This document shows, piece after piece, positions 38,896-48,377 of a stretch of 64,000 bases of DNA. Made by a program: the position numbers and the translations under genes. The DNA lies in NCBI GenBank assembly GCA_900546845.1, contig UREK01000010.1, positions 5,040 through 69,039 of the forward strand, given 5' to 3'. Below the pieces are notes generated by a model, which was given only the letters and a program-made list of their open reading frames with translations, had not been told where the DNA came from and did not search any database. Within the stretch, counting starts at the first letter, position 1, and each line of letters opens with the position of its first letter. This DNA comes from an uncultured Eubacteriales bacterium. GTDB taxonomy: Bacteria; Bacillota; Clostridia; Christensenellales; CAG-138.

Positions 38896-40200
38896 CTACA
38901 GTTCGAAGATCGTCTGATCCTCGACCTCGGTCGTGAGCGCCTCAAGCGCACGGGCGACCAGCTTCTTGCGAAGCGCGTACTCCTCCTCAGCGGGCAGAGC
39001 CGGGTTGCCAAGGGGATGCGGGATCGCAATCGTCGGAACGATTCGGTTTGCGCCGACCGTCATCGAGATAGGCGTGACCGTGCACATATGCACCACGGGG
39101 ATGCCCGCCCTTTCGATTTCTTTCACCATCGTTGCACCGCAACGCGTGCAGGTGCCTCAGGTCGAGGTCATGATGACGGCGTTTACGCCGGCCTGCAGGA
39201 GCTTTTGCGCATACTCCGCGGCGAACTTCTTCGCGTTGGCGACGGAAGTGCCGTTGCCGACGGTGGTGTAGAAATAATCGTGCAGCTTGCCGATCCTGCC
39301 CTCGCGCTCAAACTCGCGCAGCACGTCCACGGGGAGGACGCGGTTCGGGTTCTCGTTGGCATACACGGGGTCGTAGCCGCCGTGCGCGGTCTCATAGGTC
39401 GCTTCGGTCAGCTTTTCCACGCCCTTGATGCAGTATTCGCCATAGTGGGACGCGGAGGAGGATTCGATGTGGTCCGGGTTGCCCTTGGGCACGATGCCGC
39501 CGGAGGTGCACAGCGCGACCGTCGCGTGCGCAAGATCCTTCACGGCCGGGTTGGGGGCGACGCGGTCGAAGGAGGGCATCGGGTATTCCGTGGTGAACGG
39601 CTTGTCGGCAAGCTTCTTGAGGAGCATGTCAACAGCGCGCTTGGAGCCGCGCTCCTTCTCGAAGAAGTTCACGCGCACGCCGTTGGGCATGTAGCCGTCC
39701 TCGCAGGAAGCACCGAGCTTTTCGCCCTTCATCAGCTTGAGCGCGAGCTTTGCCATCACAGGCGCGGCCTTGCGCATGCCGGCCGCGCTGTTGGCGGTGG
39801 GCACGATGAGGAGCTTATCCTTGAGGTCCGCGCCGGGGTTTTCTTCATACATGCCGGTGAGGACCGGGATGCCGAGTTCTTCCTTCACAGCAAGCGCAAC
39901 GTTGGCGCAGGCATAGCCATAGCGGCCGGCGTTGAACGCGGGGCCTGCGATGAACAGATCCGGCTTCTTTTCCTTGACCCATGCGAGGATCTGAGCCTTC
40001 GCCTCTTTTTCATGCTCCGCGAAGTGGGAGTCGCCGCAGACGATCGTCGCCACGATCTCCGCCTCGCCCTTCCAAGCCTGGTTGAACGCGAGGCCGGGGC
40101 CTACGAATCCTTCCCGCAGCTCGGGAGCTACGTGCGCCATTTCCTCGCCGCCGATGTTGGCGAAGAACTGGTTGATGTAATGTACAACACGATAACTCAT
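38896..40200 (-). CDS. grdB: glycine reductase complex selenoprotein B (in-frame UGA)
   Basis: Track ORFs 39157..40200 and 38896..39129 are one frame joined by TGA 39157..39159: ...AVIMTST-U-GTCTRCGATMVKEIERAGIPVVHMCT... This is the UxxCxxC GrdB motif. The N-terminus is VVHYINQFFANIGGEE. Confidence 0.92.
39157..39159 (-). other. UGA selenocysteine codon of grdB
   Basis: The frame continues for 87 more codons. A GCACC...GGTGC stem follows directly after the UGA. Confidence 0.85.
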
Positions 40201-40223
40201 GTTCTCTGCTTTCTCCTTCCCGT

Positions 40224-41525
40224 TTATCTTGCGCTCAGGCGGTTGAAGCCCATCTCGTTGGTAGCGCCGGTGATGACCTGGAGCTCCGCCTCAATGGAGC
40301 CGTCCGGGCGCAGGGAACCGGCGTGGCCGCCGGCGATCTTGTCGACGTAATCGAGCGTGCCGATGACCTTCTCCATCGGCGGGAGGACGATCACCTCGTT
40401 CGCATTGCCGCCGGTGACGACCGCGTCCGCGAGCGGGTCCGCGTCTGCAAGCGACTGGGACTTGCCATCCTGCCCAGCGTATTCGTCGGTGATGATGGTG
40501 GTCTTGACGCCCATCTGCTCGATCTTCTTCGTGTTCATGATGAGGTCGGTGTCCGGGTTGCCGAAGCCTTCCTGGGAGACGATCACGCCGTCAAGATCCA
40601 AGAGGCGGCAGAGCTTGGCGCTCCAATCGGAGGAACGCTGCTTATCCGCGAGGTACACGTTCTCGTTGGTGATGATGTTGCAGACGTAGTTGAGCGTTTT
40701 GCCGTGCTGCTCGAACAGATCCGCCACCACGGGGTTGTTCTGGTGATGGTAGGTGGTGTTCTTGTCGCACGCGGAAACGCAGTTGCCGCTGATGATCGCG
40801 CCGTCCATGGTCTCCGTCGGGTACAGGATGGTCGTAAGCGAGCGCTTCGCGTCCACGCCGTAAACATAGGTGTCATGCAGAAGGCCCTGGCTTTGCAGCA
40901 TGTGGACGTAGCCCACGCGCGGCAGGTTCGGGAACTTCTCGATGCCCTCCTTGACGCCGAAGGTCTCGAAAGTCTTCGTCTCATCCGGGGTAATGTTGCG
41001 GCCGAGTTCGCCCACGAACGTCGCGGCGCGCAGCCCCGCCATGCGGACGGCATGCTCATACTCATGCTGATGCACGCCCTCGACCGGCTCGCACACCATC
41101 ACGAGGTTCAGGAGCTTCGAGAACGGCGTATACTCCGCGCCCGGGCCGCTCATGTCGATGATGCCCTCCTGGAAGCCGACGATCTTGCCGGCGGTGACGA
41201 CCGCCATGCCGCGGAGCACGTGGGTCTTGCCGGAACCAACGGTGTCAACCTTGGCGATGACGCCCGGGAATTCGCCGCCGGGGCCCTCGACCTTCACGCG
41301 GGGCTCGATGACGTCCTTCACGGGGGTGATGCGGACGCTTTCGCCTGGCTTTGCAATGTCAAAGCGCGCGGACTTGACACAGGCCTTCACGTCGTCGTCC
41401 TCATACACAAAGGCCTTGACCGCGTCGGCGTTGACGAAAAGCGTTCCGTTTTCTACCTTGCATTCGTTTGAAAATTGTATGTCCTTGATCTCGATGAAGC
41501 CCAATTCCAATTTCAAAGCGAACAC
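40224..41525 (-). CDS. grdE: glycine reductase component B proprotein (alpha/beta)
   Basis: LKLELGFIEIKDIQF...GPGGEFPG... is typical of GrdE. The true start may be TTG at 41516 (giving MKLELG...), 8 nt after GGAGGAGG. Confidence 0.88.
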   Translation of the reverse strand: MFALKLELGFIEIKDIQFSNECKVENGTLFVNADAVKAFVYEDDDVKACVKSARFDIAKPGESVRITPVKDVIEPRVKVEGPGGEFPGVIAKVDTVGSGKTHVLRGMAVVTAGKIVGFQEGIIDMSGPGAEYTPFSKLLNLVMVCEPVEGVHQHEYEHAVRMAGLRAATFVGELGRNITPDETKTFETFGVKEGIEKFPNLPRVGYVHMLQSQGLLHDTYVYGVDAKRSLTTILYPTETMDGAIISGNCVSACDKNTTYHHQNNPVVADLFEQHGKTLNYVCNIITNENVYLADKQRSSDWSAKLCRLLDLDGVIVSQEGFGNPDTDLIMNTKKIEQMGVKTTIITDEYAGQDGKSQSLADADPLADAVVTGGNANEVIVLPPMEKVIGTLDYVDKIAGGHAGSLRPDGSIEAELQVITGATNEMGFNRLSAR

Positions 41526-41536
41526 CTCCTCCTTTT

Positions 41537-41956
41537 TTATTGCTGGTTTTGTATCTTACTAAGGCCCGCCGCTGCGTCGAATTCCACGGCGCCCGCAAGC
41601 AGGGTATAGTCGATCAGTTGGAAATCCCGCTTCACCGCCTCGGTGAGCGTCCGCGCCCGGGGCGGGAACTTATCCGCCGCGAGGATGCATTCCGCGATGA
41701 TCCCGGCCTGCTCCGCGGAAAACCCGTGCGGCTCTCGGGAAAGGACGACGGACTTATACGGCGTTTCGTTGGGCTTGACGCTGCCGGACAGCGGGTGGGT
41801 ATACAGCGCGTGGCCCGCGTAGATGAGATCCCGCGCCTTCACGAGGATCTCCCGGTACGTGCATTCCGAGAAAAAACGGATCTCACAGCAGCCCGCCATG
41901 CATTGCGCAAGGAGCGGGTTGTTCGTGAGGATCAAAGAATCGCGTGCGTGCTTCAT
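41537..41956 (-). CDS. grdX: GrdX protein
   Basis: MKHARDSLILTNNPLL...YTHPLSGSVKPNETPYKSV... Start trimmed to ATG 41956 after GGGAGGGAG, because the longer track ORF would run through the riboswitch terminator. Confidence 0.8.
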   Translation of the reverse strand: MKHARDSLILTNNPLLAQCMAGCCEIRFFSECTYREILVKARDLIYAGHALYTHPLSGSVKPNETPYKSVVLSREPHGFSAEQAGIIAECILAADKFPPRARTLTEAVKRDFQLIDYTLLAGAVEFDAAAGLSKIQNQQ

Positions 41957-41995
41957 ACGCTCCCTCCCTGGCGCCAACGCCCCATTTTTCATGCA

Positions 41996-42222
41996 CAAAA
42001 AAACAGAGCAGGCCGCGGGCAACAGAAATTAGCCCTTGCCTGACTCTGTACATAAACCTGAGAGATTCCCCGCAGCTCGCCGCAGGTTGCGCCTTCGGTG
42101 CTTTCGCTTTCCAGAGTTTTGTCGGAATACAGTCCGTTTGCCTGAGATGTTCGCGCCGTGCCGGCAAGCTGCGGCGCTTATTCCTTCGGCCCCGCCCAAC
42201 CTGGGGCAGAATCTCCTGTATT
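41996..42222 (-). promoter_or_regulatory. tandem glycine riboswitch with terminator expression platform
   Basis: Aptamer 1 on the minus strand: ATACAGGAGA...GGGCCGAAGGAA...TCTCAGGCAAACGGACTGTAT. Aptamer 2: CTCTGGAAAG...CACCGAAGGCGCAA...CTCTCAGG...ACAGAG. The terminator that follows has a 5' arm that reuses the ACAGAG of P1, and it ends in TTTTTTT. Confidence 0.85.
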
Positions 42223-42277
42223 CTTCATCCAAAGCAGATTCAATTTTATTGCAGGGAAGCCATCCCCTACGTCTATA

Positions 42278-42306
42278 ACTATACCGCTTTGTATGTAAAA
42301 TGTCAA
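42278..42306 (-). promoter_or_regulatory. grd operon promoter
   Basis: Minus strand has TTGACA, a 17-nt spacer and TATAGT. Confidence 0.7.
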
Positions 42307-42401
42307 TCAAAATACGGCATATCATCGGAAAATACAATAGTAATCCCCCTGTCTTTCCAAAGATGCGCGGAGCGTCCTGTTTTCCGGGCGCTCCGCGCAT
42401 T

Positions 42402-42836
42402 TCACTTCGATTCGGGTAGTGCGCCGTCGCCGCCCATAAGCGCGGTCATCTCCTCAATGCGCTCCAGCGGGAACGGCGGCATGCACAGGGGCCTCATGGC
42501 GATGCTCATGAGCTTCATCGGGTTGTCGTCCGCCGCCACGCGGTTGGACGAAAGCGCCCCGCAGCGCCTGCAGCGGTGGACGATCGCCCATTCGCCGCCC
42601 TTACGCACCCAGACCGCCACCGGTTCCATCACACCGCCGCAATCCGCGGCCCGGTCGCCCGGCTCCACATCCACATGCAAGCTCGCAAGGCAGTTGGGGC
42701 AATGGTTCCTGTGCGCGCTCCCTGCCCCCGCGGAAACCACGGAGCGGCCGCAGGCCTTGCAGGTGAAGCTGTCCACACAAGGGTGGTTCTTGTAATAGTT
42801 CTTTTCGTATTGCTTCCGTTTGTTTTCACGGTTCAC
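42402..42836 (-). CDS. RNHCP domain protein
   Basis: CKACG...HRNHCPNCLASLH...CGG...HRCRRCG zinc-ribbon pattern, including the literal RNHCP motif. Confidence 0.7.
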   Translation of the reverse strand: MNRENKRKQYEKNYYKNHPCVDSFTCKACGRSVVSAGAGSAHRNHCPNCLASLHVDVEPGDRAADCGGVMEPVAVWVRKGGEWAIVHRCRRCGALSSNRVAADDNPMKLMSIAMRPLCMPPFPLERIEEMTALMGGDGALPESK

Positions 42837-43098
42837 GGTATCTTTCCTCCTAAAGGCAATTTTGAATTTCCTTTTGGGAGGAATGCGGAAATTTAACGCC
42901 TTCCTCCCGGTCAGCGCACAATCTCCTGCTTGATATACTTTTTCAAAAAGCGTTGCTCCTTCTTTCCGTTTTGCCGGTTTTCGGCTTGTTTATCAGTATC
43001 ATACCACGCGGCGGGCGGCGTTTCAAGCGCCCCGGCCGCTCCAGCCATACCCGGCTGAATACAAAAAATCCCCATCGCTTACTGGCTGGGGCTTTTTA

Positions 43099-43371
43099 TT
43101 ATCTGCCTTTCCGGAAGGAACCGCCGCCTCGGTATGTGTTTACGATGCAAGTGTAAACCTGGCCGTATCTTGGGCATTTCAAAACGTGAAAAATAATATC
43201 ATCGATCCAATGTCCTTCTTCGTCCTTATGTTTGCCTGGTTTGCAGTTGCCGTCGATCAGGGTGAAGCCGTCGTTTTGGATCAGTTCACTGATAGATTGG
43301 ATCGTTTTTTCGTATTCTTTAGGCGTATGGAACTCTTTTACCAATTTAATCTGAGAACAGTAATCGCACAT
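43099..43371 (-). CDS. small Cys-rich hypothetical protein (90 aa)
   Basis: The track ORF 43099..43632 overlaps the rhomboid gene. It was trimmed to ATG 43371, 8 nt after GGGAG. Sequence is MCDYCSQ...GNCKPG...LKCPRYGQVYTC. Low-GC codon usage. Confidence 0.5.
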   Translation of the reverse strand: MCDYCSQIKLVKEFHTPKEYEKTIQSISELIQNDGFTLIDGNCKPGKHKDEEGHWIDDIIFHVLKCPRYGQVYTCIVNTYRGGGSFRKGR

Positions 43372-43409
43372 TTTTTGCACTCCCGTAATCTCGTGTTTCT
43401 CCGGTACGT

Positions 43410-43991
43410 TCAATCTGATTTCTTCAAACCAAGAATCCAACCTATAAATGCTGCTGCTGCGCCCGCAACAAAGGAAATCAAGTGAAATATGATCGTTGTA
43501 GCATTCATAAACGAAAGCACGGGGATATTGCTGACTATCAGGTAGAGAATAAGCCAGTTTCCACTCCAAGTTCCAAGCTGCAGCTTCGGAAATCCGGGAG
43601 TAAGGAATGACATTACCAAGCCAAATCCGCATAACGCAAAGTTATAAGCAGAGCCGCCTACACTTTGCAGTGTATCCCGATAGATGCAGAGAAAGATGAT
43701 TTGACTTACGACAGCACATGCAGCGCCGATTAACACGAAGCGCACACTTCCGATATGCTGTTCGTAAAGATAACCGACCCAGAACATTGCGCATACATTT
43801 GCAAGCAAGTGAATCAAATTCGTATGGGTCAGCCCGGCGGTAAAATAGCGGTAGTATTCGTTGCCGATATGAGCGACGCCCGTTCCGCTGAAAAGAGGAG
43901 CGATATGATTGGTGGTCACAAGGCACCATACGAGGATCCATACCAGAATAATGAGAATAGAACCCCGCATTTTTAAAATTCTATTTTTCAT
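43410..43991 (-). CDS. rhomboid-family intramembrane serine protease
   Basis: Six hydrophobic helices, with HLLANV, GGSAYNFAL (catalytic Ser context) and FHLISFVAG (catalytic His context). The ATG at 43991 is 5 nt after AGGAG. Confidence 0.75.
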   Translation of the reverse strand: MKNRILKMRGSILIILVWILVWCLVTTNHIAPLFSGTGVAHIGNEYYRYFTAGLTHTNLIHLLANVCAMFWVGYLYEQHIGSVRFVLIGAACAVVSQIIFLCIYRDTLQSVGGSAYNFALCGFGLVMSFLTPGFPKLQLGTWSGNWLILYLIVSNIPVLSFMNATTIIFHLISFVAGAAAAFIGWILGLKKSD

Positions 43992-44363
43992 TACTTCTCC
44001 TATCGCCTGTTTCGAATTTATCTCAAGCGTTCCCGGCAATGCTTTGGGTGGCTGTATGACGGTCATCACCGCAATGCCGCCAGAGTGACGGACATAGAAC
44101 CGAATGGCTTTCCGGGCACCAAACGTTTGATCGCTCCACCGCCGTAATTTACCGCCCATCTGGGAATATAAAATTCAATACAATTATAGCATCAGAATGC
44201 GGACTTTTCCACCACCTTAACTCTGCATACGGTTATAAATAAAAACTCTATGTGAATGATTTCTCAAACACATAGAGTTTATCATTTCCCGTTTACCTGG
44301 CAAAAGTCATATTTCCCTGAATGCTTCTTTATGACTTATTGCCGTTCTGCAACGGGGATTTCA

Positions 44364-44460
44364 TGGCGGGAACATGTGGGAATCGAACCCACCTGGGCAG
44401 CTCTTCACCACCTGCAACGGTTTTGAAGACCGCGGGGCACACCAGCACCCATCTGCTCCC
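44364..44460 (-). tRNA. selC: tRNA-Sec (anticodon UCA)
   Basis: The reverse complement is GGGAGCAGATGGGTGCTGGTGTGCCCCGCGGTCTTCAAAACCGTTGCAGGTGGTGAAGAGCTGCCCAGGTGGGTTCGATTCCCACATGTTCCCGCCA. It has a CTTCAAA anticodon loop, a long variable arm and the T-arm GTGGG-TTCGATT-CCCAC. Confidence 0.9.
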
Positions 44461-44514
44461 AAAGCGTAAGCCATTATAGCACGTCCGCTTTGTGAAAGGC
44501 AAGAGGAAACTCTC

Positions 44515-46440
44515 TTATGCCTGCACGGGCGGAAACCCGCGGTTCAGCCGCCGGAAGTCGCCTTCCTTTTTCGTGATCCCCGTCTTGTCGAAATACTCGA
44601 GGACCGCCAGGGCGTATTTGCGGGAGGTGCCGAGCAGATCGCGCATCTGCGCGAGGGTCAGCGTCTCGTTTTCCGCGAAATGCGCCTGCGCTGCCGCGCA
44701 GGCCCGGGCATAAGCGGCGCTGCCATAGCAGATCTGCGGGGAGAGCATTACGAGCTCGCCGCCGGAAAGCATGCTGTCGAGCACCTGTTTGAGATCCGCG
44801 CGCTCGTTCTGCGGGAACGTCGCGGCGACTTCATCCACCGTGGCGGGCTCGATGCCCGCATCCGCATAGTATTGGAGCAGCTTTTCACGGATGGCGCTCT
44901 GCCTTTTGGTGTAGCGCACCTCGAACTCCGCAAGCGCGTAGCGTTCCCCGGCCCTGCGGAGGATCCCCTCCCGGCAGAGCGCCGTGAGCAGCGCGTCCGC
45001 AACGGCCTGGTCCGTTGCCCGAAACAGCTTCTGCCGCAGCTCCGCCGCCTTCATGCCCGCGTGCAGCGGGTTCTTTGTGTGGTAGCCGGAGAGGAGCGTT
45101 TTGCAGGAAGCGGCCACCTCGTCAAGCGCAGCGGCCGCGATGAAGCGCCCTGGCAGCGGCTCCACAGCGCGCCCTGCTGCAAGCAGATCCGCCAGCTCCG
45201 CCGCAAGCGGTTCCGCGTCGAGTCCAAGTTTCGCGCCAAGCTGCTGCGCCGTCGGGAGCGCCGCCTTGAACTCTGCGAGCACCTGCGCCACCCGGTCCCC
45301 CGCCGTGCCGCTTTCCTTGATTTTAAGCGCCTCGAGGACGGCCGGCACGTTGCGCTTATGCCGGGTGGGCGCGTCGTCCAGGATCACGCCGCCGCCGATC
45401 GTCTCGAGCGGCGAATAAAAGCGGATCACAAAACGGTCTCCGTTCTTCGTAGCGACCGGCTCCGCCATGCGCAGCTGCGCGTAGCCGCTCTCGCCGGGTT
45501 CGAGCGCGTCCCGGTCCAACAGCACCACCTTGGCAAGTACCACCGCCGCGCCGTGGTACAGATGCACCTGCATGTCGTTTGTGATCACGCGGCCCGAATC
45601 CCGGAGGTTCTGTAGCTTTACATCGAGCATTCGGGATATGCGGACGCTCCCCGGGCGCGCCACCGCGTCGCCGCGCCGCACATCCGTCTTTTTGAGGCCA
45701 GCGAGGTTCACCGCTACGCGCTGCCCTGCATAGGCCGTGTGCACCGTTTTGCCGTGTACCTGCAAATTGCGGATGCGCGTCTCTGTGCCGGAGGGCACGA
45801 GCTCCGCCGCGTCGCCCTCGTTCATGCAGCCCTCGATGAGCGTGCCCGTCACGACCGTGCCGAACCCATCCACGGAAAACACCCGGTCCACCGGCAGGCG
45901 GAAGGGCACGCGCACGCTCTTTTCCGCCGCCGCGTGCACGAGCGCGTAGAGCGCCTGCTTCAATTCCGGGACGCCCTCGCCCGTATAGGCGGAGACGGCC
46001 AAAATGGGCTTTCCTTCCAGGAAGGAGCCCTTCGCGCGTTCGCGCACCTCCTCCTGAACCATCTCGAGCCATTCTTCATCCACCATGTCCTTTTTCGTGA
46101 TGACGATGAGGCCGTCCCGGATGCCGAGCAGCGTCAGGATATTTAGGTGCTCCACCGTCTGCGGCATAAAGCCTTCGTCCGCCGCGACGACGAGCATCGC
46201 AAGGTCGATCCCGCCTGCGCCGGAGAGCATGTTTTTGATGAAGCGCTCGTGCCCCGGCACGTCCACGATGCCCGCCTGGGTGCCGTCCGGCCAATCGAGG
46301 TGGGCGAAGCCGAGCTCGATGGTAATGCCGCGCTTTTTTTCCTCCGCGAGGCGGTCGGTGTCAATGCCGGTAAGCGCCTTGATGAGCAATGTCTTGCCGT
46401 GATCCACATGCCCCGCCGTACCGATGATGACGTGCTTCAT
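44515..46440 (-). CDS. selB: selenocysteine-specific translation elongation factor
   Basis: The GTPase N-terminus reads [21 protein letters not shown]...DVPGHERF...TKKD. The extended winged-helix C-terminal half is typical of SelB. Confidence 0.92.
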   Translation of the reverse strand: MKHVIIGTAGHVDHGKTLLIKALTGIDTDRLAEEKKRGITIELGFAHLDWPDGTQAGIVDVPGHERFIKNMLSGAGGIDLAMLVVAADEGFMPQTVEHLNILTLLGIRDGLIVITKKDMVDEEWLEMVQEEVRERAKGSFLEGKPILAVSAYTGEGVPELKQALYALVHAAAEKSVRVPFRLPVDRVFSVDGFGTVVTGTLIEGCMNEGDAAELVPSGTETRIRNLQVHGKTVHTAYAGQRVAVNLAGLKKTDVRRGDAVARPGSVRISRMLDVKLQNLRDSGRVITNDMQVHLYHGAAVVLAKVVLLDRDALEPGESGYAQLRMAEPVATKNGDRFVIRFYSPLETIGGGVILDDAPTRHKRNVPAVLEALKIKESGTAGDRVAQVLAEFKAALPTAQQLGAKLGLDAEPLAAELADLLAAGRAVEPLPGRFIAAAALDEVAASCKTLLSGYHTKNPLHAGMKAAELRQKLFRATDQAVADALLTALCREGILRRAGERYALAEFEVRYTKRQSAIREKLLQYYADAGIEPATVDEVAATFPQNERADLKQVLDSMLSGGELVMLSPQICYGSAAYARACAAAQAHFAENETLTLAQMRDLLGTSRKYALAVLEYFDKTGITKKEGDFRRLNRGFPPVQA

Positions 46441-47816
46441 CGCACCGCCTCCTTTGCCGCGTTTACGATAACCGGGAAATCCGCTTCGAGCAGCGTGCGC
46501 ACATGCAGCAAGTACCGCCCATGGTCGATCCTGCCGATGACGGGCGGCTCACCCAAGCGCAGCGCCGCCTCGAGCGCCTCCGCGCCCTTGCCTGCCGGGG
46601 TGAGCGCCACCGCGTATCCCGGCAGGAGCTGCATCGGCACGGAGCCGCCGCCCACCGGGTCTTCCGCCGGGACGGTCTCCGCCGCCACCCCCGCCGCATT
46701 CAGCATCGCGCAGAGCGTTTCCGCGCGGGCCTTGAGCGTTTCCGGGCCAGCCGCGAGCATGGCAAGTACCGGCACCTCCTTCGCCGCCGTGCCCGAAGCG
46801 TACAGCCGGAGCGTCGCCTCGAGCGCCGCGAGCGTCATCTTGTCCACGCGCATCGCGCGGGTAAGCGGATGGCGCTTGAGGACGTCGATGTATTCCCGTT
46901 TGCCGATGATCACACCCGCCTGCGGGCCGCCGAGCAGCTTATCCCCGGAGAAGGAGACCACGTCCACCCCGGCGCGGATGGAATCCTGCACCGTAGGCTC
47001 GCCGCGGATGCCGAAGCGGTTCAGATCGCACAGGGAGCCGCTGCCGAGATCCTCGATCACCGGCAGGCCGTGGGCATGGCCAAGCGCGGCCATCTCCTCC
47101 CGGGAGACGGCTTCCGTGAAGCCGACGATGCGGTAATTGCTCGTGTGTACCTTCATGAGCGCCCGGGTCTCCGGGCCGATCGCCCGCTCGTAATCCCGCA
47201 GATGCGTCTTGTTCGTGGTGCCCACCTCCCGGAGGCGCGCGCCGCAGCTTTCCATGATCTCCGGCACGCGAAAGGAGCCGCCGATCTCCACCAGCTCCCC
47301 GCGGGAGGCGACGACCTCCCCGCCCGCCGCGAGCGCGGAAAGGATCAGGAGCACGGCCGCCGCATTATTGTTCACCACGAACGCGGCCTCCGCGCCGGTG
47401 AGCGCCGTCAAAAGCCCTTCTACATGGGAATAGCGCTCGCCGCGCCCGCCGGTCGGCACATCGTATTCCAGCGTGGAATACCCGCGCGCCACCTCCGCCA
47501 CAGCGGCAGCCGCCGCCTCCGCAAGGCAGGCGCGGCCAAGGTTCGTGTGCAGGGCGACGCCCGTGCCGTTGACGGCCCGGCGCAGGGAGGGCCGCTGCGT
47601 CCGCTTCAGCCGCGCAGCTGCCTCCGTGCAGAGCGCGGCTTCCTCCGGCAGCGCTTCGGCGCGGCCTTCCAGCACCGCCTGGCGCAACTCCGCAAGCACG
47701 GTGCGCACCGCATCCGCAAGTGCGCCGCGCGGCGCGTCCGGGCAAAGAGAAACCAAGGCGGGCGACCGAAGCAGGTCGTCCACCTTGGGAATTTCACGCA
47801 GCAATTGGTTATTCAT
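46437..47816 (-). CDS. selA: L-seryl-tRNA(Sec) selenium transferase
   Basis: LLREIPKVDDLL...AVNGTGVALHTNLGRA...FSGDKLLGGPQAG (PLP Lys context). 4-nt overlap with selB. Confidence 0.92.
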   Translation of the reverse strand: MNNQLLREIPKVDDLLRSPALVSLCPDAPRGALADAVRTVLAELRQAVLEGRAEALPEEAALCTEAAARLKRTQRPSLRRAVNGTGVALHTNLGRACLAEAAAAAVAEVARGYSTLEYDVPTGGRGERYSHVEGLLTALTGAEAAFVVNNNAAAVLLILSALAAGGEVVASRGELVEIGGSFRVPEIMESCGARLREVGTTNKTHLRDYERAIGPETRALMKVHTSNYRIVGFTEAVSREEMAALGHAHGLPVIEDLGSGSLCDLNRFGIRGEPTVQDSIRAGVDVVSFSGDKLLGGPQAGVIIGKREYIDVLKRHPLTRAMRVDKMTLAALEATLRLYASGTAAKEVPVLAMLAAGPETLKARAETLCAMLNAAGVAAETVPAEDPVGGGSVPMQLLPGYAVALTPAGKGAEALEAALRLGEPPVIGRIDHGRYLLHVRTLLEADFPVIVNAAKEAVR

Positions 47817-47895
47817 CTGTCGCACGCTCCATTTCGCTCGATCGCTGTATCGTTGTTCCAATTATAACAGCAATTCCGCGATTGGGGAAGCGCGC

Positions 47896-48138
47896 TCATT
47901 CGTTTTCAAGTATAAGCTCGTATCGTTCGTCCGCCTCAATGCAGTACACACGTTCCACATCCTCGTCCATCGCGTCCAGCATGGGCGTATCCGCTTCATA
48001 GCGCACGCAGGTGCCGCAGGAGGAACTCAGCACGCGCGGCACAGGCGCCATCTGCGCGCGTACACCCGCAGAGCCGAGCGCGCGGCTCGTCATGAGCGCC
48101 GCAAGGTGCGTATGGAACGTTGCGATATATTTCGCCAT
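47896..48138 (-). CDS. DUF3343 domain protein
   Basis: 80 aa. MAKYIATFHTHLAALMTSRAL...CGTCVRYE. It sits between selA and the TusA-like gene. Confidence 0.7.
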   Translation of the reverse strand: MAKYIATFHTHLAALMTSRALGSAGVRAQMAPVPRVLSSSCGTCVRYEADTPMLDAMDEDVERVYCIEADERYELILENE

Positions 48139-48139
48139 T

Positions 48140-48343
48140 TTACTTCCGAAGCGTCAGATGGAACTCCGCACCTTCCTGCTCCACGGAGACCTGGTAGCCC
48201 ATGTGCGTGCCAAAGCGCGTCACATTCTCCACGGCGCAGCGGTCATCCACGAGCACCACGAGCTCTGCAGGCGCGTTCTTCTTCACTTCCTTCTGCACCA
48301 TCGCCACCGGCATGGGGCAGGAAAATCCTCTCGCGTCGATCAT
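48140..48343 (-). CDS. TusA/SirA-like sulfur(selenium)transferase
   Basis: MIDARGFSCPMPVAMVQKEV (CPxP motif); 67 aa. Confidence 0.85.
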   Translation of the reverse strand: MIDARGFSCPMPVAMVQKEVKKNAPAELVVLVDDRCAVENVTRFGTHMGYQVSVEQEGAEFHLTLRK

Positions 48344-48377
48344 CGTTCCGATCCTTTCCGGCTGAAAAGCCCGTCTC

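Noticed and set aside
38011-40350. 779-aa plus-strand ORF. It is the longest of many similar long ORFs lying opposite real genes, e.g. 1734..3305, 3312..4805, 5237..6466, 7934..9352, 10000..11550, 29130..31004, 34065..35687, 35285..36745 and 46503..47867.
   Set aside because: These ORFs have Arg/Ala/Gly/His-rich low-complexity translations, no RBS and no recognisable motifs. Each is fully antisense to a strongly recognisable gene (trxB/grdB, CobN, ABC genes, grdC/D, selA). They are typical GC-rich shadow ORFs.
43372-43632. N-terminal 87 codons of track ORF 43099..43632.
   Set aside because: This part overlaps the 3' end of the rhomboid gene in another frame. An internal ATG with a good RBS (43371) gives a non-overlapping 90-aa product.
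44161-44514. Integrase, att repeats or prophage remnants flanking tRNA-Sec.
   Set aside because: There is no ORF with integrase-like sequence and no visible duplication of the selC 3' end within the window. Only the compositional shift is reported.
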